From a virus: a DNA stretch of 64,000 nt. The notes below the pieces were generated by a model. That model worked only from the letters and a program-made list of their open reading frames with translations, had not been told where the DNA came from and did no database searches. This document shows, piece after piece, positions 27,553-36,299 of the stretch (its first letter is position 1; every line of letters starts with the position of its first letter). The stretch lies in the IMG/VR virus record IMGVR_UViG_3300015360_000025, one strand, 5' to 3'. The position numbers were made by a program, and so were the translations under genes.

Positions 27553-29106
27553 ATGCCTGCTTCATACTCTTGGAATCTCGTTTCTGCCCCTCTATCAGGA
27601 TCTCCTCCGAACGTCGGGACGTTTGTACCTCAAACCCCATCTGGTATTGATCAACGTCGGAAACAGTTCGAAAGAGGAATCAAGTTCGCCAATGTTCCTG
27701 GCGGACGAGCAGATTTCGTAGTTCATGGCGGACCACGTGTCCATCATGTGAATAGTCTCCTGAATGTCTACCATGGACCTGGAGATGTAATCGTCGAAGA
27801 TGGTCGATACAGCGGTGTCGTGAAGTTCAGGTTCAGAGATTACCGTCGTTTCAAGATGCCTGATAGCATCAATAATCTTGAATTTCGGTCATCTGACAGA
27901 TTTACCAATCCGGTCTTTCCGTTTACTGGACAATACTCTGCTGACCATATTTTCTTCACAGTCGCCTCTGGGTCTGTTTCTTTCCAGGGATCGATGAATG
28001 TGGGGAGATCTCGATATGTCTCTGGTCGTCTTCTCACTGATCTGGCGATAGTGGCAGGTGGTTGGCTCTCGAACGGAATCACAGGAAGCGCTCTCAATTC
28101 AGCGCAGACTTTCTTCTCCGGGACTGGTCTGTGGACGACCATAGCTACGATGCCGTTTTTCAAGAGTCAAGCGGCGGGAGTAGTTCTTTCAGGATCTGGA
28201 GACTTTGTTGTCTTCGGTGGGACGACTTCTAGCTTCTGGGATGCTGCTGAAGGTGCACGTGCCTGTCGGTACATAAGCGCAAGTGGCACATGGATTCCTA
28301 CTGCCAACTCCGCCTCCGTGTCACGGCGTGACTTTGAAGTGGTTCAGATCCCAGATGGAAGGGTATTCCTACCGGGCGGCTTAGGACCATCCTTCACCGG
28401 AAGTGAGTTTTACAATCCAGCGACCAACACTTTCTCTGGAACTTCAGCTCTTCCACTCCCACCACTCAATCGGGAATCTTTTACCACGACGCTTTTGAGT
28501 GACGGAACCGTACTTGTCTGCGGCGGTCGTGATCCAGTAGATCTGGAGCCTTCAAGACATGCATTTAGATTCTATCCGACGATCCAGAGCTGGTCCATTG
28601 AACCATCGATGTCTGTCGGTAGAGCAGCTCATCAGGCAACGTTCATCGATGGACAAGTCGTCGTCATGGGAGGATTTACTTCTGCGGCGACTGCTTCATT
28701 TCCATTCGGATTCCCGGGCCCAATCGGTGGGACTGGAGATGACTTCGGAGCTAACGCTGACGTGGAGATGTATGATCCGAACTTAGGAACATGGCGGACC
28801 ACTGCCCCGATGCCAGTGCCACGAGCTAGGTTTTCGACGTTCGGATATATCAAGGACGGTGGTCGGATCATTGTTTTCGGTGGGTATGGAAACGCTGAAG
28901 ATCCAATCGAGCAGGTTGATTTGTACGCATTCGAAAATGATGATTGGACGACTGTCACTCCATTGCCATCTGGAGTTTTCGATATAGACGTTGTTCAACT
29001 CAATTCTGTCGGTCAGACAACCCTTGATTTCAAGATACTAATTCCAGGAGGAGCTCTCTCAGGTTCGACATTCAGCGGTTCTCAACTGTACAGAACTTCT
29101 GGATGA
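27553..29106 (+). CDS. Kelch-repeat beta-propeller virion protein
   Basis: Repeated GG-containing blades: FVVFGG, RVFLPGG, TVLVCGG, VVVMGG, IIVFGG, IPGG, each with Y...W motifs (YDPNLGTWRTTAPMPVPR). Confidence 0.85.
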   Translation: MPASYSWNLVSAPLSGSPPNVGTFVPQTPSGIDQRRKQFERGIKFANVPGGRADFVVHGGPRVHHVNSLLNVYHGPGDVIVEDGRYSGVVKFRFRDYRRFKMPDSINNLEFRSSDRFTNPVFPFTGQYSADHIFFTVASGSVSFQGSMNVGRSRYVSGRLLTDLAIVAGGWLSNGITGSALNSAQTFFSGTGLWTTIATMPFFKSQAAGVVLSGSGDFVVFGGTTSSFWDAAEGARACRYISASGTWIPTANSASVSRRDFEVVQIPDGRVFLPGGLGPSFTGSEFYNPATNTFSGTSALPLPPLNRESFTTTLLSDGTVLVCGGRDPVDLEPSRHAFRFYPTIQSWSIEPSMSVGRAAHQATFIDGQVVVMGGFTSAATASFPFGFPGPIGGTGDDFGANADVEMYDPNLGTWRTTAPMPVPRARFSTFGYIKDGGRIIVFGGYGNAEDPIEQVDLYAFENDDWTTVTPLPSGVFDIDVVQLNSVGQTTLDFKILIPGGALSGSTFSGSQLYRTSG

Positions 29107-29109
29107 ACC

Positions 29110-29115
29110 TACTTA
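29110..29115 (+). promoter_or_regulatory. Putative late promoter motif TACTTA
   Basis: In the 15-bp gap before the 29122 gene. Confidence 0.45.
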
Positions 29116-29121
29116 CTACAA

Positions 29122-32100
29122 ATGGCTGACAACTTCGGTGTATACAATCTGACTGGACGTGTTGAGTCCGTCATATCGAGTTCTCTCGAGACGGCGTTGC
29201 AACCGGTGTCTGGGAATATCAACATCCGTCGGTTGCCAGAAAGACATCTTCGAGATTTGGCAGAATTTGATCTACAAGACGAATCGTTCGCGAAAATCAA
29301 AAATTCGTTTGTCATCGCCGAGCTGTCGTCCTCTCAACATGAAGTGACGTCTAGGAATGCCTTCCTAAGTGGAACGGAACAACTTGAGTTCACCGATGTT
29401 CCAGCAACTGGTTCCGTATATTACTCCAAGACTAACAGATTTCGGCAGTTGACGTACAAATTGTCGGCTTCTGCTAATCTTCCGATTGTCCCAGGAAATA
29501 CTCGTGACCCAAGCACTATTGAGAACGTTTCTCGCGGAACATTCCACCCAGTTTCTGGTTCGTACAGGAACAATAGTTACTTCGATCCCGCTGTTTTTAC
29601 GATTGATGTTCCCGAATATGGGAAGATCCGTGACATCAAGGTGTGGGTCGAACTCGTCCATGATCATCGTGGCGGAACGGGTCAGTGTCTGACGGCGTCC
29701 AGTCCTTTCTACGGTGGTGGCTCCGGGACGTTAGAGGACGATCTAAAACACGGACTTCAAGGACTTCAGATTGCTCTTCGCAGTCCTAACACAAACTTCA
29801 AATACTCCCATCCTCTTTGGAATGATCCTACGACGTTTGGTTTCGAAAAACGTCCAGACTCTGTCGTAGACGGCCGTTTCAAGGGAGTCCCAGATCTACT
29901 TAAGAATTCATATCTTCTGTGGGGCGGTCACTCTTTGGAGAGTGATCTTGGTATTACTCTTGGTTCGCTGACGTCTTCTTCGCCATCCGAATATACACTG
30001 GGCATCGTTGTGACTGGGTCATTCGACAATCAGATTACGTATCCATCCATGCAAGTCGACAAAGATGATCAGCCAGTGATCATCTTCGACATGCCCTTTG
30101 AAGGAAAGATGAAGATCCGTCGGTCATATTTCGACGGTGTCAATCCTCTTCTCTTTGCGGAAGAGGTAGTCACTTCGACATTCAACGTTGCGGGTATGAC
30201 ACTACTTTTAGGGTCAGACAAGAGGACCCCGCATATCCTCTTTGCAGAGAATGGGAATACAAGTCTTCGTTACATTCGGTCAAGTCCGACCGGCTGGGTC
30301 GGACCAGACGTCGTGACCGCGTGTACTAACCAGTTGGCTCACGACTTTGCTATAGATTCCAACAACAAGGTCATGATTTTCAGTCGTGGTAATGATTTCA
30401 TTCCAAGTATCTTTGTCTCTTCTTCGGTCGCAGGCTGGGAGAGAAATAAAGTCGGAAAAAACTCAGCGTATTTCTTTTTCCACTCTATCCAAGTAGATTC
30501 AAACGATGTATTCCACTTCTCTTATCTAGATCATGACGATGCTGGAGATTGGGTCTTCTACGGTACGACAGGTTCGGCAGGATTGACAATCGAGAAGGCT
30601 ACCATTGTTGATTTCACACTATCGGCAAATCCGTTTCTCGCTTTGGCGTTAAATTCGCGTGGTGTACCAACGATCGCCATCGGCGCAAACGAGAGCGGAA
30701 TACGACTTATTACGTCTGGTACCACCGGGTGGTCTTCAAAGGTTCACTTCGACAATATTCTCTTTTCTCCCAAGTTTTTTCCGAAAAACGCAGTATTCGA
30801 TAGTAACGACGATCTTCACATCATCACAGACATGTACAAGTACAGAGGGGTGAATAATTTCGATCTCGGAATTGTAAGATCGAGTTCGAACGGGATGTCT
30901 CTTGAACCTGTCGTGGATAGAACTGTCAATACGGGTAACGGCGGATATCCTGATCGATCTGTCGACTTTGATTCGGTCGGTAATCTTCATATCATGCACA
31001 ATGAGGCCTCCGGCTTAGGGGTTTTTGGAAGCATCCATCATTTGAAGAAAAATTTTCACAACTACAACGATGCTGCGTACTATGAGTATGATACCGACAT
31101 CGATATGCGCACTGTTTTTACGGATTCATCTCGAGTGTCGAATCCTAGGCATCTTGAGGACAACTACGAAAGTTCCACGTCCATCTCGCCTGGTCCATCG
31201 TCCATTCAGGTGGAGCGAGTTAGGAAAGAAGGTTCATACCCTAGCCCCACGTCGGCATCCGTCAAATTGTTCAACTACGGGTATCTAGACACCCCGTATT
31301 TCCAGAGTGCGTGGATGAGTGGCGCCAACTTTCCGTGGATGTTAGATTCTCGTGTTCCGCCAGGAAATTTTCAGGGACGCAACTTTAGCGCGACCTCGTC
31401 TTTGAACATCCCAATTCCTCCAGGCTGGTTGTCAGGACCAGCATACACTCCCACGGCCGGGGAATTCCCGACCAGCGGCTCTCAGATTGGTCCCGCTAAC
31501 ATCAAGCCCGTGTATCCACTGCTGGATGATATCTTTGCAGAGAATGTCGTACGGCAGTCTTCTTTGACGTCCACCCCAGCACCTGATTCGTTCTCCAAGA
31601 AAATCGTAGGGTTTAGACCAGGGTTGAGAGGGACCGAGATCAATGGGAAATGGCAACTGCTGATCGGGAATAACGCTGACTACATTACCGGAAACATGAC
31701 TGGGAGTCTACGTGGCGGGTATTGGTTTAGACAATTCAGGATCGAATTTCTCGTTGATCAGGGAGAAGATGACCAGTACAAGTCGATGCCAAGTCGAGCA
31801 TTCAAGTACAAGAAGCCAGGATACGTGACTGGTGGCGCAGGACGACGTCTCTTCCACATCGTGTCTGGTAGTGCTGCTTGGGACATAGGCGTCAATAACA
31901 TTTTTACGGTCCAACGAGATGAATACGGTAGAAGCGTAGGGATTACCAGCGTGACCGGGTCTACCCAGTTCGCCGTTTTCTCTCAATTGACTGGTGTCCT
32001 TCCCGATATTCTCTCGGCCGCTGGTTCGTACGATCAGGTCCAGTCCACGTATCTCTCGAACGAGTTCGGGACACCATACGTGCCCATCACTTCAGGTTCT

Positions 32101-32286
32101 GCCGAAATTCCGTCCTTCGATGTATTCGACGTCGACGAAGCGAAGAAGTCTCGTTTGGTCTTCGATCAAGTTCTAAACCCGAAGACTTTGATTCCTAAGG
32201 ACAACACTCTCCGTGCTTCCTTGGCTCGGGCTGACATCGTAAAATCTACCCGCGACTTCATTCTGACCAAGATCGGTAAGGGTTGA
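29122..32286 (+). CDS. Large structural protein: proprotein-convertase P-domain-like module with an inserted 7-blade beta-propeller
   Basis: FTIDVPEYGKIRDIKVWVELVHD...LQIALRSP (N half) and GTEINGKWQLLI...FRIEF (C half) flank seven VDSND.FH-type repeats. Confidence 0.6.
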   Translation: MADNFGVYNLTGRVESVISSSLETALQPVSGNINIRRLPERHLRDLAEFDLQDESFAKIKNSFVIAELSSSQHEVTSRNAFLSGTEQLEFTDVPATGSVYYSKTNRFRQLTYKLSASANLPIVPGNTRDPSTIENVSRGTFHPVSGSYRNNSYFDPAVFTIDVPEYGKIRDIKVWVELVHDHRGGTGQCLTASSPFYGGGSGTLEDDLKHGLQGLQIALRSPNTNFKYSHPLWNDPTTFGFEKRPDSVVDGRFKGVPDLLKNSYLLWGGHSLESDLGITLGSLTSSSPSEYTLGIVVTGSFDNQITYPSMQVDKDDQPVIIFDMPFEGKMKIRRSYFDGVNPLLFAEEVVTSTFNVAGMTLLLGSDKRTPHILFAENGNTSLRYIRSSPTGWVGPDVVTACTNQLAHDFAIDSNNKVMIFSRGNDFIPSIFVSSSVAGWERNKVGKNSAYFFFHSIQVDSNDVFHFSYLDHDDAGDWVFYGTTGSAGLTIEKATIVDFTLSANPFLALALNSRGVPTIAIGANESGIRLITSGTTGWSSKVHFDNILFSPKFFPKNAVFDSNDDLHIITDMYKYRGVNNFDLGIVRSSSNGMSLEPVVDRTVNTGNGGYPDRSVDFDSVGNLHIMHNEASGLGVFGSIHHLKKNFHNYNDAAYYEYDTDIDMRTVFTDSSRVSNPRHLEDNYESSTSISPGPSSIQVERVRKEGSYPSPTSASVKLFNYGYLDTPYFQSAWMSGANFPWMLDSRVPPGNFQGRNFSATSSLNIPIPPGWLSGPAYTPTAGEFPTSGSQIGPANIKPVYPLLDDIFAENVVRQSSLTSTPAPDSFSKKIVGFRPGLRGTEINGKWQLLIGNNADYITGNMTGSLRGGYWFRQFRIEFLVDQGEDDQYKSMPSRAFKYKKPGYVTGGAGRRLFHIVSGSAAWDIGVNNIFTVQRDEYGRSVGITSVTGSTQFAVFSQLTGVLPDILSAAGSYDQVQSTYLSNEFGTPYVPITSGSAEIPSFDVFDVDEAKKSRLVFDQVLNPKTLIPKDNTLRASLARADIVKSTRDFILTKIGKG

Positions 32287-32310
32287 TCCGAAGAATGCCT
32301 GGCGGACCCA

Positions 32311-32316
32311 TACTTA
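32311..32316 (+). promoter_or_regulatory. Putative late promoter motif TACTTA
   Basis: Intergenic, 17 bp before the TTG start at 32334. Confidence 0.45.
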
Positions 32317-32333
32317 GAAGGGGATGATTTGAC

Positions 32334-32984
32334 TTGGCTGGATTTCTAGACAAAAATACTCGTATCATCGACATGGTCTTGACCAGTCATGGGAAACGTT
32401 TGTTTTCGAAGGGAGAGCTACATTTTTGTTACTGGATTCCCTACGACGATGAGATCGACTATCAACCCTTCATCGCCGAAAGTGGATCCCTGAGCGCTGA
32501 TCAGCTGAGCGCTTCTATTTACCAAGCCATTGAGACGACACCTCTTCGTGAAGCTACGACAGGCTACAGAAACTTCAATGGCAGTGGATCAGACTTCACC
32601 AATGTCAACAATCCGATCTTTACTATGGCTCAGGGACAAGAGGTACTTCCACGAACTGTTTTCCCCGAGAATTTCCAGAGGACAATCGAGTCTAAACAGA
32701 GACAGGTGGAGCAGATCTTCCAAGATCGAGATGACAGGGGAAAGTACGACAATCCTCTTGAATCTAGAGATCTCGGGATCGAGAGGTATGATTCCTCGAC
32801 ATTCGTTCTAGAATTCACGTATTCGAAAGATAGTTTTCCTACTGACTTTCAGCCTTATGGGTTTTTCCTAAGAATGCTTCGTAGTGGTTCGAACGGGTGG
32901 ACTGAAGTACTTTCTCGAAGGGACATGAGTAACGATCTCTCGTACAACAACGATGTTCGTATCTTCACGGGTAGGAGGGGTTGA
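32334..32984 (+). CDS. Conserved structural protein, paralog of 41432
   Basis: AGFLDKNTRIIDMVLTSHGKRLF...DDEIDY aligns by eye with GFQDNSGEIFIDAVLTDEGRERL...DDEVDY. Confidence 0.6.
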   Translation: MAGFLDKNTRIIDMVLTSHGKRLFSKGELHFCYWIPYDDEIDYQPFIAESGSLSADQLSASIYQAIETTPLREATTGYRNFNGSGSDFTNVNNPIFTMAQGQEVLPRTVFPENFQRTIESKQRQVEQIFQDRDDRGKYDNPLESRDLGIERYDSSTFVLEFTYSKDSFPTDFQPYGFFLRMLRSGSNGWTEVLSRRDMSNDLSYNNDVRIFTGRRG

Positions 32985-32987
32985 TAA

Positions 32988-35900
32988 ATGCCATTTTTCT
33001 TCGGGACAGCTCCGGGAACGTCGACGAACATCGACTCTGATGCGGCCAAACGCTTTCCGAGCACGGGCACTGGGCAGAGGAAATTTTCAGGTCCCGATCT
33101 TTCTTCAGAGCAAGAGACCAGAGATGTAACTGTAGTCTCAAACGGCGAACACCTCGTCGAACAAGCTTCTTCTATGAAGGGTGTAGCCATGGTTGCCGAG
33201 CACATCGCCGCCGCGGCTCGTTCAAGCCTCCAACTGGCCCGGACACAGATCTTGTCTACTCCTGGTCTGCTGTCGCTTGACATCCGTGAGACACTCTCAA
33301 ATTTTACCGAAGACGATCTTGCCCATTCCAGAGATCTAAAGGCTAGAGAACTTGTGACTCGCACGCCAGTCGGATTTCTTGATACTGGAAGAATCTCCGC
33401 CGATCTATATAAGCGACTGCCATCTTCAGTTTTTCAAACAAGAATCCAGGACTCATCACCAAAGATGTTCAATCCAGCTGTTCCGCAACTCGATAACATT
33501 CGTATAGAGATGAGTAAGAATAAAGGAACGGTAGACTGTTTCTTTTCAACATTGAAGTTCAGTCTTCCGTTGGCTCAAGTTTGGGATGGAAGGGTGAAAG
33601 CCATCCGGATATTTCGGACGACTATACTTAATCCCATCTTCCAGCGTGGGGAACCTCCTGTCATTACCCTTCACGGGATGGAGAAACTTTCGGTCGACAA
33701 GATGCGTTCGCGCTCAAAGAGCAATGATCTATTGGGAGCCATGGAACACCGATTCCGCGAAGCTGGCGTTTTGAATGCAATCTCCGTTTTGAATCCGATC
33801 AATCCCGGGACAAACCTGCGTCTGTCGACCAATTCGTCAGATATCTCTGCTCAGCCCATACAAAACCCTGCGGGGGTGTCATCAGTTCTACCTGGCGCCA
33901 TTCCTCACATCGAATCATTCATGGATCCCGTGAAGTTTGGAAGTATTGATTCGGGAGTGGCACAGGATCTGAATGTTCTACAAAATATTCGAAACCAGGA
34001 TCCCGCTGGATTGATTCCCACCTTGACTCACCTGACGACTCTAAATGTATTCTCTCCGTTGAAGCAGGGGCTTCTGAACAAAACTCAGGTCAAAGATCTC
34101 CGTTCAAATCCACTTGCTGGACTGGTCGTCGATTCCAACAACGCCGCCGAGTTTAGAGAGCTCGCCTTCATCTCTTTGGACAAGCTCAAGTCTGTAGTTA
34201 TTGGGGATCACATTGAGTACACACACAATGATGAGTCAGTAGGCTATGGTCGCGCATATCGGTACTATGTCTTGTCGGTCGACAAAGACATGGTTGAAAG
34301 TATTCGATCTAGAATAATCGATGTAACTGTAGAAGGTCTGCGAATCCCGGAACGTCCGAAGCGTGTGTTCGCGTACAACATCTCCGACGCTGTAGCAATG
34401 AACATCATCGTGGACGACCAGTTGGTCGAGAAATTTGAATTGTTCCGAAAATCGACAGATACGTCACTCGGCGCGAATCTTCGTCTAGTTTCGTTTGACG
34501 TCGGTAACATCAAGGGATTCAATACTGGAAACAGTATCTCTTCCAGACTTGAGAACAACTACATCAAGATCGGCGAGTCGTTGAATGGTACTCGGCAGAC
34601 GGGGGCGACGTTCTACGATCGGCGTGTGACTCCTGGTAGGAAGTACTCGTACCGAGTGTACTCAGTCGATGTCTTTGGCAACAAATCGGAGAGTCCATAC
34701 GAATTTGAGATGTACTTGCCAGAGCAGATGAGACCAAACGAACTTCTCAAACCATCTTTAACGGTTGAGATCGACGCGCAGACAAGCAAGGCCCGTGTCT
34801 CTTTCCGTTGTAACGATGCGAGAGTTTCCACTCTCTTCCTCGCACGTCGAGATCTAACAATCAAGCAGAAAGCTTTCACTACTCCCGGGCAGGTCAACAT
34901 CATTAAGTTGGGAGCTCCGACTTCCGGACACAGCGCCATCCAGTTCGAAGACGTTATATTGAGGGGAGACAATAAGGACACGATCTGGACTGGGTACTTC
35001 CCCAATGACACTAACGATAACGTGTTCATCGATCGGACCGTTTCTATCGATCATGTCTATCAGTATCAAGTCTATGGCATCGATAAGTTCGGTAATTCGA
35101 CACCGTACGAAGTATCTAGACCCGTGATGATGATCCGTCGTCCGCTCATCGATGCACCTTTGAACCTCCTTGCAGAGGTCGTCCAGGGGCCTAAGTTCAC
35201 TGTCGGAGGGATTAAGCTTTCCTGGCAGGATGGTAATGTGGACATTTCATCCGAGGATCGCCTTGGCAGTCGTGGCGATCTTAGTAACTCTTCAGTACGG
35301 ACTCTCTATCAGATCGAGCGGAGACGTGTCGGGGAGGAACGTTGGATCGAATTTCCGATGATCGAAGACAAGCGGTTTTTCGATCCTTCGGAATCGACAG
35401 CTGCCCCAGTGTCTAGGAAGACACTGTCCAGTCGTATTGGTATCGAACATGCTCGCTTCCGTCCACCACTCGTAGAAGCCAACCAGACGTATGTCTACCG
35501 TGTGAAGGCGTATCAGACAGGATCGTACCAAAGCAACTACGGAAACTTCGTAGAAGTCTTCGCCGCCCTACCTGTAGCCGTGCCAACCAATTTCAGGTTA
35601 AAGGCCAGCGATACGAAAATCAGTCCGTTCTACGTTGTCCTCAATTGGGACACTCCGAATGGCTCAGGAGTTATTGACAAATGGGAGATCGAACGATCGG
35701 CTGTTAACAACTTCGCCGCAAGCAAGTTAAATGTAAAGAACCCCCGAGATTTCCAGTCTCTTCACTTTCAGACGTTTCGAACTATTTTTCATGAGTCCAG
35801 CAGATTCCGAGCGCAAGCTGTCGATAACGTCGCAACGGAGCGGGCGCTGACCAGACAGTTCAAGTCTCCTCCCACCGTCTTCACGGGAGACCATCATTTC

Positions 35901-36296
35901 CAAGATACGAGCGTGAGCTTCGGGAATACATACTTCTATAGGATCAGGTCGATCGCTCTCAACGGCGTTGCTTCGGCATGGACATACAGAGGATTGAAAC
36001 TCACTGAAGAGTCGTTCGAAAGAAAGATCGTTCCGTTCATCAATTCGGACGTCAAATTGAATCTCGTCAAAAATTTCACTCCGATCTTGATTCCAGCCAT
36101 GACTTTGGTGCATGGGGCATCATCTTTTACCTTCCAGCCTTCTTTTTCACAACCGATGATTCTACCTACAGTATCCATCATTGTCGCTTCGAACGTTCCG
36201 ATTACGCTGAATCCTGTTGCACTTCCTACTTACAATCCTCCTGTCGTGGCCGCTTCTTTCACCAAACAAAGAACGACAGTCTTCGGTAAGAAATAA
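32988..36296 (+). CDS. Large fibronectin type III-like repeat structural protein
   Basis: Recurrent FN3-like units ending F.D..V..G..Y.YRV (DESVGYGRAYRYYV, DRRVTPGRKYSYRVYSVDVFGN, DRTVSIDHVYQYQV, DTSVSFGNTYFYRIRS). Confidence 0.7.
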   Translation: MPFFFGTAPGTSTNIDSDAAKRFPSTGTGQRKFSGPDLSSEQETRDVTVVSNGEHLVEQASSMKGVAMVAEHIAAAARSSLQLARTQILSTPGLLSLDIRETLSNFTEDDLAHSRDLKARELVTRTPVGFLDTGRISADLYKRLPSSVFQTRIQDSSPKMFNPAVPQLDNIRIEMSKNKGTVDCFFSTLKFSLPLAQVWDGRVKAIRIFRTTILNPIFQRGEPPVITLHGMEKLSVDKMRSRSKSNDLLGAMEHRFREAGVLNAISVLNPINPGTNLRLSTNSSDISAQPIQNPAGVSSVLPGAIPHIESFMDPVKFGSIDSGVAQDLNVLQNIRNQDPAGLIPTLTHLTTLNVFSPLKQGLLNKTQVKDLRSNPLAGLVVDSNNAAEFRELAFISLDKLKSVVIGDHIEYTHNDESVGYGRAYRYYVLSVDKDMVESIRSRIIDVTVEGLRIPERPKRVFAYNISDAVAMNIIVDDQLVEKFELFRKSTDTSLGANLRLVSFDVGNIKGFNTGNSISSRLENNYIKIGESLNGTRQTGATFYDRRVTPGRKYSYRVYSVDVFGNKSESPYEFEMYLPEQMRPNELLKPSLTVEIDAQTSKARVSFRCNDARVSTLFLARRDLTIKQKAFTTPGQVNIIKLGAPTSGHSAIQFEDVILRGDNKDTIWTGYFPNDTNDNVFIDRTVSIDHVYQYQVYGIDKFGNSTPYEVSRPVMMIRRPLIDAPLNLLAEVVQGPKFTVGGIKLSWQDGNVDISSEDRLGSRGDLSNSSVRTLYQIERRRVGEERWIEFPMIEDKRFFDPSESTAAPVSRKTLSSRIGIEHARFRPPLVEANQTYVYRVKAYQTGSYQSNYGNFVEVFAALPVAVPTNFRLKASDTKISPFYVVLNWDTPNGSGVIDKWEIERSAVNNFAASKLNVKNPRDFQSLHFQTFRTIFHESSRFRAQAVDNVATERALTRQFKSPPTVFTGDHHFQDTSVSFGNTYFYRIRSIALNGVASAWTYRGLKLTEESFERKIVPFINSDVKLNLVKNFTPILIPAMTLVHGASSFTFQPSFSQPMILPTVSIIVASNVPITLNPVALPTYNPPVVAASFTKQRTTVFGKK

Positions 36297-36299
36297 GAC

